NCBI GenBank assembly: GCA_964653055.1
Contig: CAZZCA010000010.1
Span: 14,619 to 78,618, forward strand
Direction of reading: 5' to 3'
Origin: an uncultured Desulfobulbia bacterium
Lineage (GTDB): Bacteria; Desulfobacterota; Desulfobulbia; Desulfobulbales; SURF-16
DNA length: 64,000 nt
In this document: in pieces, positions 18,072 to 27,188 of the stretch
How positions within the stretch are numbered: the first letter of the stretch is position 1
How the letters are laid out: every line of letters begins with the position of its first letter
Program-made: the position numbers and the translations under genes
Notes under the pieces: generated by a model
The model's input: only the letters and a program-made list of their open reading frames with translations
What the model was told of the DNA's origin: nothing
Databases searched by the model: none

Positions 18072-18947
18072 TCAGGAGTGACGAGTCGCCAGCTCACACA
18101 CAAGCCCATAGCCAAACAAGACAAAGCTATTAAAAATAAATAAAAGCATAACCCCGGGCCAGACAATCCCGTCAAAAGACAAATAAGAATTACCACACAC
18201 AATAATTAAGGGAATCAATAATGAAAATGCTGCCATTGACCCAAACCAGGCCATCGGCCGCTCAGAAAAATGTAAAACCAGCCTTAAAGTAAAAAGGTCA
18301 ATTAACACCTTCCATATCCTGGAAAAACCATATTTACTCTCCCCTCGAGTTCGAGGATGGTGCCTGACGACAAGCTCCCCAACCCGCCCCCCCCGCAGGA
18401 AAGCAAAAGCAGGAATAAAACGATGCATCTCAGAATAAAGTCGAACTTTTTTTAATGTATCAGCATGATATACCTTCAAAGAACAGCCATTATCATGAAT
18501 ATGTACACCTGTAATAAAACGAAGCAAACGGTTAGCAACCATTGAGGGAATACAGCGCAAGATATTATCTTTGCGCTTCTTGCGCCAACCGCTGACTACC
18601 TCAAAACCTTCCTCCATCTTCTTAATCAAAGCCGGGATATCCTCCGGATCGTTCTGCAAATCTCCATCCATAGTTATAATAATCTTACCATTTGCCTGAT
18701 CAATACCAGCCTGCATGGCCTGAGTTTGACCAAAATTCCTGCGGAACTTAATGATTTTAAGCCTGGGCCATTTCTCCTTCCCCTTACATAACTCAGCAAA
18801 TGTCCCATCTGAACTACCATCATCGATAGCCAGGATCTCATAATCGCCCATCATATGATTCATTGTCTCGGCAACCCTCTTAAGCATCAGGGCAACATTT
18901 TCTTCCTCATTATAAAAAGGAATAACAAGACTAAAATCTAATCCCAT
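18072..18947 (-). CDS. Polyprenyl-phosphate glycosyltransferase (GT2; GtrB/ArnC/DPM1-like)
   Basis: 291 aa. LVIPFYNEEENV, AIDDGSSDGT, MDGDLQNDPEDI, and C-terminal TM helices. Confidence 0.85.
   Translation of the reverse strand: MGLDFSLVIPFYNEEENVALMLKRVAETMNHMMGDYEILAIDDGSSDGTFAELCKGKEKWPRLKIIKFRRNFGQTQAMQAGIDQANGKIIITMDGDLQNDPEDIPALIKKMEEGFEVVSGWRKKRKDNILRCIPSMVANRLLRFITGVHIHDNGCSLKVYHADTLKKVRLYSEMHRFIPAFAFLRGGRVGELVVRHHPRTRGESKYGFSRIWKVLIDLFTLRLVLHFSERPMAWFGSMAAFSLLIPLIIVCGNSYLSFDGIVWPGVMLLFIFNSFVLFGYGLVCELATRHS
18387..18394. repeat. C8 homopolymer (G8 on the coding strand) inside the GtrB-like GT2 gene
   Basis: Read directly: aacccg cccccccc gcagg. Encodes LRGGRVG. Confidence 0.95.
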
Positions 18948-18975
18948 AATATTTTATCTCGATCTAATTAAAAAA

Positions 18976-20826
18976 TTACTGCTCAAGAAATAGTTTATGC
19001 CATAATTCAAAAGACAATAATGTCCAAAATTGCCTTCGATAAAACTCATTATTTAAATCTTGCTTTCTCAACTTCTCAATACTTCCATAATCCCATAAAC
19101 CGATCTCATTAATTCTCTCCTTATGGAATAATTCATCAACCAACCCCTTCAACTTAGCACTCTGCATCCATTCATCAACAGGTACCGTAAAACCATGTTT
19201 TTTACGCTTTACAATCTGTTCAGGGATTAAGCCGTCCATCGCCCGTCGCAAAATATGTTTTTCTGAAAGACCTTTCAGCTTATACTTAGAAGGAATTCTC
19301 ATAAGATATTCAGCTAATTTATGATCCAAAAAAGGGACCCTTGCTTCAAGTGAATGAGCCATGGTCATCTTATCATTTTTCAATAAAACATCATTAGGCA
19401 ACCATGTTTTAATATCGAGATACATCAAGCGATCGAGCAGACCTCCCGACTTTTCTTCAGGCTCCAAATACTTAGCGAGCATCTTTAACGGAGCATCAGC
19501 GAGTTGATCATATTCTTTCATCCTCCTGCCAAATAATCCAACCTTTTCATCGGGACTAAACACAGAAACCAACTCAAGGTATGCCTTAGAAACCTGCTGC
19601 CCGGAAGCAAGCAGCTTAAACCCTCTCTGCAAATTAATATTTCGACGGAACAATTTACTCATTAACGAAAAAAACCTCGGACACGAGAGGAACGAGACCT
19701 TGTCCCAATAATAGAGAATTTTATATTTATCATAACCAGCTAAGAGCTCATCAGCACCCTCTCCACTCAGAATAACAGTCACATGATCCCGCGTAAGCTT
19801 TGACAATAAATATGTCGGAATCGTTGCAGCATCGCCGAGAGGTTCATCAAGGTGCCAAACAACCTTCTTGAACACATCAACTACATCCGAATCAGAATTT
19901 AATAAATAATGGTCCGTTCCAAACGCATCAGCAACAACTCCAGCATAAGAAGATTCATCATGCCACCCTCCTGAAAAGCCAGCGGTAAAAGTCTTAACAG
20001 GTTCATTAGCAAACTGACTCATGAGGCCAACCATGAAGCTTGAATCCAAGCCTCCAGACAGAAAAGCACCCAACGGAACTTCGCTCATCAGTCTCAAATC
20101 AATAGACTCTCCCAACATCTCGGTTAATCCATAGCGAAATTCTTCCTCTGAACTCTCTTCATCTTTCTGGAAATCAAGGTCCCAATATTGATTAACAGAA
20201 ACTGAATCATTTTGAACAACAGCATAATGAGCAGGCTCCAGCTTGCTAACCCCTTTAAGCATTGTAAGAGCGCCAGGAACATAGCGAAAAGTTAAATAAA
20301 GATTTAATGCTTCCTTATCAATTTCCCGATTTAATAAGTTTATAGCCAGAATAGCTTTAAGCTCTGAAGCAAAAACAAATCCCTGCCGAAATTGAGCATA
20401 ATAAAGGGGTTTGATACCAAAACGATCTCGAGCGATAAACAATCTTTGCTTATTATCATCCCAAATAGCAAAAGAGAACATCCCCCGCAGGTAATCAACA
20501 CAGTTTTCCCCAAATTCTTCGTATAGATGTAAAATCACCTCAGAATCAGACCGTGTTTTAAATGAATGACCAGCAAGATAGCGATCTTTTAAGGACTTAA
20601 AATTATAAATCTCACCATTAAATACAAGCCAAACCGTATTATCTTCGTTGGAAATAGGCTGCCGCCCCCCCTCCACATCAATTATACTTAACCTCCGGTG
20701 CGCAAACCCGACTATTCCGTTATAATAAATACCACTGTCATCAGGGCCACGATGCTCCATGATATCATTCATTTTATGAAGATCGTCTTGCGAGAAATCC
20801 CCGACAAAACCACTAATTCCACACAT
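18976..20826 (-). CDS. Asparagine synthase (glutamine-hydrolysing) family amidotransferase, EPS-locus paralogue 2
   Basis: 616 aa. MCGISG N-terminus. PP-loop FLSGGLDSS. Confidence 0.9.
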   Translation of the reverse strand: MCGISGFVGDFSQDDLHKMNDIMEHRGPDDSGIYYNGIVGFAHRRLSIIDVEGGRQPISNEDNTVWLVFNGEIYNFKSLKDRYLAGHSFKTRSDSEVILHLYEEFGENCVDYLRGMFSFAIWDDNKQRLFIARDRFGIKPLYYAQFRQGFVFASELKAILAINLLNREIDKEALNLYLTFRYVPGALTMLKGVSKLEPAHYAVVQNDSVSVNQYWDLDFQKDEESSEEEFRYGLTEMLGESIDLRLMSEVPLGAFLSGGLDSSFMVGLMSQFANEPVKTFTAGFSGGWHDESSYAGVVADAFGTDHYLLNSDSDVVDVFKKVVWHLDEPLGDAATIPTYLLSKLTRDHVTVILSGEGADELLAGYDKYKILYYWDKVSFLSCPRFFSLMSKLFRRNINLQRGFKLLASGQQVSKAYLELVSVFSPDEKVGLFGRRMKEYDQLADAPLKMLAKYLEPEEKSGGLLDRLMYLDIKTWLPNDVLLKNDKMTMAHSLEARVPFLDHKLAEYLMRIPSKYKLKGLSEKHILRRAMDGLIPEQIVKRKKHGFTVPVDEWMQSAKLKGLVDELFHKERINEIGLWDYGSIEKLRKQDLNNEFYRRQFWTLLSFELWHKLFLEQ

Positions 20827-21894
20827 CTAATTTCTTCCTGGAAGCAATCGAGTCCGCAACTGAAAAATATTAGACAAACTTTGCGGAATACAGGTTTTAC
20901 AAGGAACAAAAGGTCTTTCCCCTTGAGCTAATTTCATCCGTAGGTCTTGGTACCTTTCATTATTCCAAATGTCTGAAAACTTTTCCTGGAAAACATTTCC
21001 CATTCGTCCCTCTGCCAGCTGCCAGGGAATAATTGGACAAGGCCTTACACTTCCATCAGCATCAATCCAGGACGAAAACCAAGGGAAATAACATTTTTTG
21101 TGATTAGGTATGAATTGATTCTCTGGTAACATTTTATTGAATAAGAGGTCAAAATCCCTCAACCAAATATTAATATTTGTGGCAATCCCTTTTGCCTTGG
21201 CAACTTTGTCAGCCTCTAACAGGATTCTTTTTAAATTTTGTTCAGACAAATTACCGACAAGATCTTTCTTTCTGTCTTCACGGCCGAAATACTCAAGATA
21301 CTGGATATAAACGCCTTGTACCTTAAGCTCATAAGCCAATTTAATAGTATCTACCAATTGGCCCAAATTATCTTTCTGAAGAGCATAATTAAATCGCAGT
21401 GAAGGTTTATTATACTCATTCTGTCTTTTCCTCTGATTTAATCTTTTAATATTTTCTCGTAATGTGCCGTATAAATCTTTCCCCCTGATTTTCGCATAAG
21501 TATCAGGCTCAGACGAATCTATTGAAATTTTAATCTGATCAATACCGCTATCGAAAATCCTGTCAATTTTGTTTCCAACCAAAGTAAAATTAGAGGCACA
21601 ATTCACCGCTGCCCCTTTTAGCTTTGAATACTCAATCATTTCAAATATTTCTGGATTTAAAAAAGGTTCTCCCAAGCCACTAACATTAATATTTTCAGGT
21701 AGCACCTCATCAATAATTTTCTTGAAGTTCTCAAACTTCATTGCTGTGGTCTTGGGGAAAATAATATCTCGATGACATGTTGCACAACGCAAATTACAGG
21801 CATTTGTACTTTCTACTTGGAGGTGAATAGGAAGGCCGGCAACCCTTCTTCCTCTTCTCACTATATTGCAAAGAGATATAATTTTTCTTTTCAT
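20827..21894 (-). CDS. Radical SAM enzyme with a C-terminal SPASM/twitch-like Cys cluster
   Basis: 355 aa. CxxxCxxC as ACNLRCATCHR. C-terminal cysteines KKCYFPW...VRPCPI...VPCKTCIP. Confidence 0.8.
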   Translation of the reverse strand: MKRKIISLCNIVRRGRRVAGLPIHLQVESTNACNLRCATCHRDIIFPKTTAMKFENFKKIIDEVLPENINVSGLGEPFLNPEIFEMIEYSKLKGAAVNCASNFTLVGNKIDRIFDSGIDQIKISIDSSEPDTYAKIRGKDLYGTLRENIKRLNQRKRQNEYNKPSLRFNYALQKDNLGQLVDTIKLAYELKVQGVYIQYLEYFGREDRKKDLVGNLSEQNLKRILLEADKVAKAKGIATNINIWLRDFDLLFNKMLPENQFIPNHKKCYFPWFSSWIDADGSVRPCPIIPWQLAEGRMGNVFQEKFSDIWNNERYQDLRMKLAQGERPFVPCKTCIPQSLSNIFQLRTRLLPGRN

Positions 21895-21898
21895 TTTA

Positions 21899-22651
21899 CT
21901 AAGGAGCCTTACGAGCGATAATTATAAGAGATTCAAAAAAAGTTTTACGAACTTTCCACAACAATGTCCCCAACCCAAGATACTCGCATAGCCATGTTGT
22001 AAAACCAAAATGAACTGGCACCATAAAAGTATTAATGACATGCCTAAGCAAGTGATGACAAAAGCCTGATTTCACCCAAAACCATCCAATTACATGCTGG
22101 ACATCAACTACCTCTAATCCAGCATCTTTTAACAATCCGGTTACTCTCCGTCTTGTAGTAACAAAACTATGTGTGTAGTCCATCTCATAAAAAAATTCTT
22201 TTATAGTCAAATAATTAGGAACAACGAGACAAGCAACACCATCTGGCTTCAAAATACGCACTGACTCATCAACAAATAACATCGCTTTTTCATGATCAGG
22301 CAAATGCTCCAAGATCATACTCGCATATAAGACGTCACAACTTTGATCTGGCAAAGGAAATGGAGGGACAAAGGCATCAATAACCTCAAAACCCTTTTTC
22401 TGGAGATTATTACGCAAGTCTACAGATGGTTCTAAACCTAAATAATTAATTTCACATTTCTTACATTCATCCGCCAAATGACCCAAGCCAGGCCCTACAT
22501 CAACCAATAGGTCAATATCTTCCACAAAAGATCTAAGATACTGAAGGATATTTCGACAGAAATTAGTCTTATTTTTGTAATAAAATTTTGTCGTTTGATC
22601 TAAAGACGAGGTTTTTTCAATTTGCCGAGAATTTTCACATTCCATGATCAA
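21899..22651 (-). CDS. Class I SAM-dependent methyltransferase
   Basis: 250 aa. Motif I is LLVDVGPGLGHL. The acidic loop LGLEPS follows. The track start is TTG; an ATG lies two codons in. Confidence 0.8.
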   Translation of the reverse strand: MIMECENSRQIEKTSSLDQTTKFYYKNKTNFCRNILQYLRSFVEDIDLLVDVGPGLGHLADECKKCEINYLGLEPSVDLRNNLQKKGFEVIDAFVPPFPLPDQSCDVLYASMILEHLPDHEKAMLFVDESVRILKPDGVACLVVPNYLTIKEFFYEMDYTHSFVTTRRRVTGLLKDAGLEVVDVQHVIGWFWVKSGFCHHLLRHVINTFMVPVHFGFTTWLCEYLGLGTLLWKVRKTFFESLIIIARKAP

Positions 22652-22702
22652 TACACCCTCAACTTAACAAATAGCTCTGATACAATCTTGGACCGGCTGT
22701 AA

Positions 22703-24124
22703 TTACACAACAGAACGGAGATCTTTCAAACGCTCTACTGAAATCAATTTTAGAGAAAAAATCACCCCAACATAAAACGCTGACACAAGAACTGCAGCCA
22801 GTAACACATGAATATTTAAGGTCTTGAATACATAACAAATAAGGGCAAAAATCAGACCAAGAATCATTGGCTTCCGGGCAATCACAAACAAATTGCTTTT
22901 CATCAGGTTGGTCCTTATATAATACAACACTACAAGACAAACTATCACCTCCGAAACAATGGTAGTTATACACGCCCCGATATAACTGAAAAACGAGATC
23001 ATCGGGATATTCAACAAAATATTAACCAAGACCGACATACCATAAATCACAACAAACTTTCGCTCCTGCCCAATTGCATAAAAAAGAGATCTTGCAATTA
23101 TCGACAAAAAGAAAAATGGAACACTCCAGATTATAATCCTTAAAGCCGAGGATGCCTCACTGAATAACTGCCCATAAAAAAGAACAATAATATCCATTGA
23201 ATAGATTGAACAAAAAGCAACTATCGGAAATGAAATATAACACATTAACTCCATGCTGAAGTTAAACAAACTGGTTACATACCCCGGGTTATTAGAATAA
23301 TGAATGCTTAATAAAGGCAGAAGGCTTCCAGCAATGGCATAGGGAAATAATTGAGAACCTTCAAACAACTGATATGCGGTATAATAATATGATACCTCAC
23401 GATCTCCTTTCATTAAGGAGATCATTATGATATCGCAATAATTATAAATCATCGTGATAAATAACATTGTCGCAAAAGGCCAAGCCTTGGCGATTGTTTT
23501 TCTACATGTCGGTATGGCCATATCAATGGCTATTCTATAAATCCTGCCAGTCACCCCAAATGAAATCAAAAAATCTACAGCTCTCACTGTTAAAAACATT
23601 ATCGCTACCGTAAACAAAGACCATGATTGCCAATATGCCGCAGAAGCAACCAGCAAAAGCATTATTCTTTCGTTAACAACAAGAAGGCTATCTATCCGGA
23701 ACTTATCAAACCCCCGCAAAGCACCCCGCAGAGAGGACTTGATCCCATGAATAAACATAGCAATTGCAATGATGAATATTACAACTTTCTCTGCATCTGC
23801 CTTAGGTAGAAAAAACAAGACAATTGTCATTAACAAGCATACTGCCATTAACAACCAAATTTGAGAGCCTAAAACTGAATTGAATGTCTCTTCCCGATCT
23901 TCCATATTTAATGGAATTTCACGAGATAAGTAACCTATGAAATTAAACTGAACAAAAAGAGCAAAAAGCTTTCCTAATGAAAGAGCAAAAACGAAAACTC
24001 CATAGTCGGACGGACCCAATGTCCGGGCCAGAATAAGGGCAAAACAAAATAGCAGGACTGAACTAAACTCAGAAATAGAATTGAATATTGTATTCTTTAC
24101 AATTTCAAATCTATTATCCTTCAT
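22703..24124 (-). CDS. Wzx-type oligosaccharide flippase (MOP superfamily polysaccharide biosynthesis protein)
   Basis: 473 aa with about 12-14 TM helices. Typical polysaccharide-biosynthesis-protein layout. Confidence 0.8.
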   Translation of the reverse strand: MKDNRFEIVKNTIFNSISEFSSVLLFCFALILARTLGPSDYGVFVFALSLGKLFALFVQFNFIGYLSREIPLNMEDREETFNSVLGSQIWLLMAVCLLMTIVLFFLPKADAEKVVIFIIAIAMFIHGIKSSLRGALRGFDKFRIDSLLVVNERIMLLLVASAAYWQSWSLFTVAIMFLTVRAVDFLISFGVTGRIYRIAIDMAIPTCRKTIAKAWPFATMLFITMIYNYCDIIMISLMKGDREVSYYYTAYQLFEGSQLFPYAIAGSLLPLLSIHYSNNPGYVTSLFNFSMELMCYISFPIVAFCSIYSMDIIVLFYGQLFSEASSALRIIIWSVPFFFLSIIARSLFYAIGQERKFVVIYGMSVLVNILLNIPMISFFSYIGACITTIVSEVIVCLVVLYYIRTNLMKSNLFVIARKPMILGLIFALICYVFKTLNIHVLLAAVLVSAFYVGVIFSLKLISVERLKDLRSVV

Positions 24125-24267
24125 TTACAACCTCTCACAAAAAGCGAAATCCTTTTCAAAATCTTCCTGAAAATCAATATTGAAAAAGATATTCTTTCCC
24201 GACCCGGTAAACGAAAAATGAAATCATTCGACAATCGACATATTCTATACAGATCACTACCAGGAAA

Positions 24268-24852
24268 TCACATACTTGAAACCTGTTTACTAGGTAATTC
24301 CTTTTCAATTTTCGCTTTTGTTTTACGAAAATCTTCCCCTAAGTACTTCTGCCCTAAATCATGCATTAGAGTTATCTCTTCCCAGCTACAAAATTGTTCG
24401 CCATGCGAAAAATCTCTTTTAAGATATGCTTTAATCTCGCCGTCACCCGACCATTGCGACCTTACCTTTTTACGATTTTCAATAAAAAATGGCGCTAAAT
24501 ACGCAACTGCCCGCAAACCGTACTTTTCAAGAACCGGCGCAACAACCGACCAAAGGCTGGCCCGGCAATCATCAAAGGTCAGCATAACTGTATTAGGCAG
24601 AATTGTTTTTTGCCCAGACAAAAGATCATGCAGTTTTTCGGTATCAATTGTTCGATAACCGTTCTCAGCCAAAAATTTTATCTGCTTTTCAAAAAAAACA
24701 GAGTCAGGGGTATGAAAAGAGAAGACTATTATCTCATTCTCAAGACATTTTAAGTTATTTCCTGTAACAAAACCCGGGTAATTACCTGACATCAACGCCC
24801 TTAGCTCAGGATAAGCCCATTTCAAATTAGCAAGAATTTTCCCTTGATTCAT
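24268..24852 (-). CDS. NodB-type polysaccharide deacetylase, ended prematurely by an in-frame TGA (see finding 24121-24852)
   Basis: 194 aa with motif VMLTFDDC (TFDDG-like). The domain appears to continue past the stop: the next 48 codons are open in the same frame. Confidence 0.6.
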   Translation of the reverse strand: MNQGKILANLKWAYPELRALMSGNYPGFVTGNNLKCLENEIIVFSFHTPDSVFFEKQIKFLAENGYRTIDTEKLHDLLSGQKTILPNTVMLTFDDCRASLWSVVAPVLEKYGLRAVAYLAPFFIENRKKVRSQWSGDGEIKAYLKRDFSHGEQFCSWEEITLMHDLGQKYLGEDFRKTKAKIEKELPSKQVSSM

Positions 24853-24895
24853 TTACCTCTCATAAGCACCAGACAATAATCCCAATATAGTCTTT

Positions 24896-26026
24896 TTAAA
24901 GATTCGCCACCTTCTCATAAGCATTAACCGTCTCCTGGACACACCTCTCCCAGGAAAATACTCGAGCTTGCTTATAGCCCTTCTCAATTAAATCCCGCCT
25001 TAAATCAGTCGAGGCCATAATCTTGTGGATTGAAGAAGAAATACCTTTATAATCAGAGTATTCATGGACAATTGCCGCATCTCCAACAACTTCAGGCAAC
25101 CCACCCTCAGTTGATGTAATAACCGGGACCCCACAAGACATCGCCTCGATTGGGGGCTTTGTGTAAGATTCATAAAGAGAAGGGAAAATGAAAATTTCAG
25201 CCATGGAAAAAATAGCAGGAAGGTCTTGAAAAACAGCCCCTAACCAGATAATTTCTTCACCTACTTTTAATTCATTTGCCAAATTTTCCAGATCCTGCTT
25301 ATAGCCTTCGCCATACGCAGGACTAACACCACCAACAACAACTAATTTTTGCGGGACTTTTCCCTCATTTTTCACCAATGCAAACGACCGGATCACTGTC
25401 TCAATATTCTTAAAAGGATAAATTGTACCCACAAACAAAAAATATTTCTCAGGAAGAGAAAACTTTGCTTTAACGTCTGCAAGGTATTTTCTATCTGTTA
25501 TTTTTTCGAATCGTGGATCTGCAGCCTGATGAATCGCAAATACCTTCTCAGGGTTAATATTTTGATTTTCAATAAAGATTTCCTTATCTGACTCTGAGGT
25601 AGTTAAAACCAAATCAGCCATTTTAGCGCCTAAAGCATAATATACCCGCCAAAAATACAGCTCACTACGCTTAAATAGATTTGGATATAACCACCAGCTA
25701 GCGGACCTAAGAGAAAAGACAACCTTTGCTCCATTTCCCCACAAAGTAAAATGCTTAAACCCATGATAAACATCTATTTGCTTTTCCTTTAACAAAGCAG
25801 GCAACTGTGTATTGTTCCAGATCAGCATCCGCAAAGGGTTCATCTGCGGCACCACCACCTTCTCCATTCCCCTAATTACAAAAAGGTTGTCATTCTCCTG
25901 ACGCTGATCGATTAATACCAGAAACTTATGACCCAGATTTTTCTGGCTTAGCATTTTAAGAATTGAATAAGAGTAAGTTAATACTCCCCCCAAATAATTC
26001 CCCCTGGCATCAAGACAAATTTTCAT
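24896..26026 (-). CDS. Glycosyltransferase family 4
   Basis: 376 aa. FPSLYESYTKPPIEAMSCGVPVITSTEGGLPEVVG (EX7E region). Confidence 0.85.
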   Translation of the reverse strand: MKICLDARGNYLGGVLTYSYSILKMLSQKNLGHKFLVLIDQRQENDNLFVIRGMEKVVVPQMNPLRMLIWNNTQLPALLKEKQIDVYHGFKHFTLWGNGAKVVFSLRSASWWLYPNLFKRSELYFWRVYYALGAKMADLVLTTSESDKEIFIENQNINPEKVFAIHQAADPRFEKITDRKYLADVKAKFSLPEKYFLFVGTIYPFKNIETVIRSFALVKNEGKVPQKLVVVGGVSPAYGEGYKQDLENLANELKVGEEIIWLGAVFQDLPAIFSMAEIFIFPSLYESYTKPPIEAMSCGVPVITSTEGGLPEVVGDAAIVHEYSDYKGISSSIHKIMASTDLRRDLIEKGYKQARVFSWERCVQETVNAYEKVANL

Positions 26027-26039
26027 CAGCAGACACCAC

Positions 26040-27188
26040 TCATCTGCTTAGAGCAGATTTGTAAATTTCCAGATAAGATTTAGTGACCCTATCCCAACTA
26101 TATTGAGCAACCACCTTCTCCCTGCTTAATTCCCCCATACGTTCTCTCAATTGCCGAGAATCACGCATTCGCCCTATGGCAGTTTTAATTTCATTAATAT
26201 TCCCGGGCTCAACGAGTATTCCGTTTTCAGGGCCTACCAGTTCTGGAACCCCACCCGTTCTCCCACCTATAATTGGCAATCCACAAGCCATGGCCTCAGC
26301 AAAAACAAGGCCGAACGATTCAGCAAGGGAAGGAAGAATAAAAGCATCAGCATCATTATAAAGAGGAGCTAATTGCTCTCGAGGGCAATATCCATAGAAT
26401 TTCACATTATCTTCCAAGCTAAGACTTCGGCTTAATCTTTTCAATTGATCCTCAAAAGAACCTGTACCAACTATTAAAAGCTCAACGGAATCATCCTGCA
26501 ATTCTGCCAATGCCCTTAAAACATGATCAATGCCTTTTCTGTTAATCAGCCGTGAAACAGTTATCATCTTAAGGCCTTCTCGTCTTTTCTTGCTTCCAAA
26601 GACTTCAAATAACCCTGTTTCAATACCGTTAGGAATTACATCAATAGCCTGCCCTGGCGAGGTACGTAAAGCTGTTTCCTTCAGACCGTTACTTAAGGCC
26701 ACAACACGTTTTGCCCTCCTCCATATAATCTTGCTAATTGGTTTCAAAATAAGACTTAAACGATGAACTTTCCAATTATACACATCATAATAAGGGACAT
26801 CTGAGCCTCGCAAAGAAACAACACCAGGCACTTTAGAATAAACAAATGGCATCAGGCTGAGAATCCCCGTTGGCAAACCGAAAAAATAATGAACTACATC
26901 AAATTTTTCTCTTCGCAGAAATCTCAATTTTATTAATAAAAAAAATGCAAAAAATAGATACGAATATGCTCCGACAAAACCACAGTCATGAATACTTTTT
27001 CGAAAACTGCGCACTCTTAATATTGTCAAATTATCATGTTTCTCGATTGATAATTGATCACCAAATCCAGATGTAACAATTGTAACAGTATGCCCGAGCC
27101 TGACCAGCTCAACAGCAATATTATTTGTCGCATTACCCGCCCCGCCACCCATTGGGGGGAATTCATAATTAAGCATTAAGATTTTCAT
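26040..27188 (-). CDS. Glycosyltransferase family 4 (adjacent to epsI/xrtA)
   Basis: The track ORF starts at a TTG at 27191; the ATG one codon later is taken here. MKILMLNYEFPPMGGGAGN N-terminus. LPSLAESFGLVFAEAMACGLPIIGGRTGGVPELVG. Confidence 0.85.
   Translation of the reverse strand: MKILMLNYEFPPMGGGAGNATNNIAVELVRLGHTVTIVTSGFGDQLSIEKHDNLTILRVRSFRKSIHDCGFVGAYSYLFFAFFLLIKLRFLRREKFDVVHYFFGLPTGILSLMPFVYSKVPGVVSLRGSDVPYYDVYNWKVHRLSLILKPISKIIWRRAKRVVALSNGLKETALRTSPGQAIDVIPNGIETGLFEVFGSKKRREGLKMITVSRLINRKGIDHVLRALAELQDDSVELLIVGTGSFEDQLKRLSRSLSLEDNVKFYGYCPREQLAPLYNDADAFILPSLAESFGLVFAEAMACGLPIIGGRTGGVPELVGPENGILVEPGNINEIKTAIGRMRDSRQLRERMGELSREKVVAQYSWDRVTKSYLEIYKSALSR

Noticed and set aside
22659-22973. 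A 104-aa Cys-rich ORF (about 16 Cys) near the radical SAM/SPASM gene, which could have been a RiPP-like precursor.
   Set aside because: It lies almost entirely inside the 3' end of the flippase gene in another frame. The flippase frame encodes convincing TM helices there. The ORF has no separate RBS or intergenic space. It is most likely a shadow ORF.
24190-24267. Selenocysteine insertion at the in-frame TGA of the NodB deacetylase.
   Set aside because: Only a 4-bp TCGA-ttg-TCGA stem lies downstream, with no convincing SECIS-like hairpin at the expected distance. The interrupted position is not a catalytic residue of the NodB fold. It is kept only as a minor alternative in the finding.
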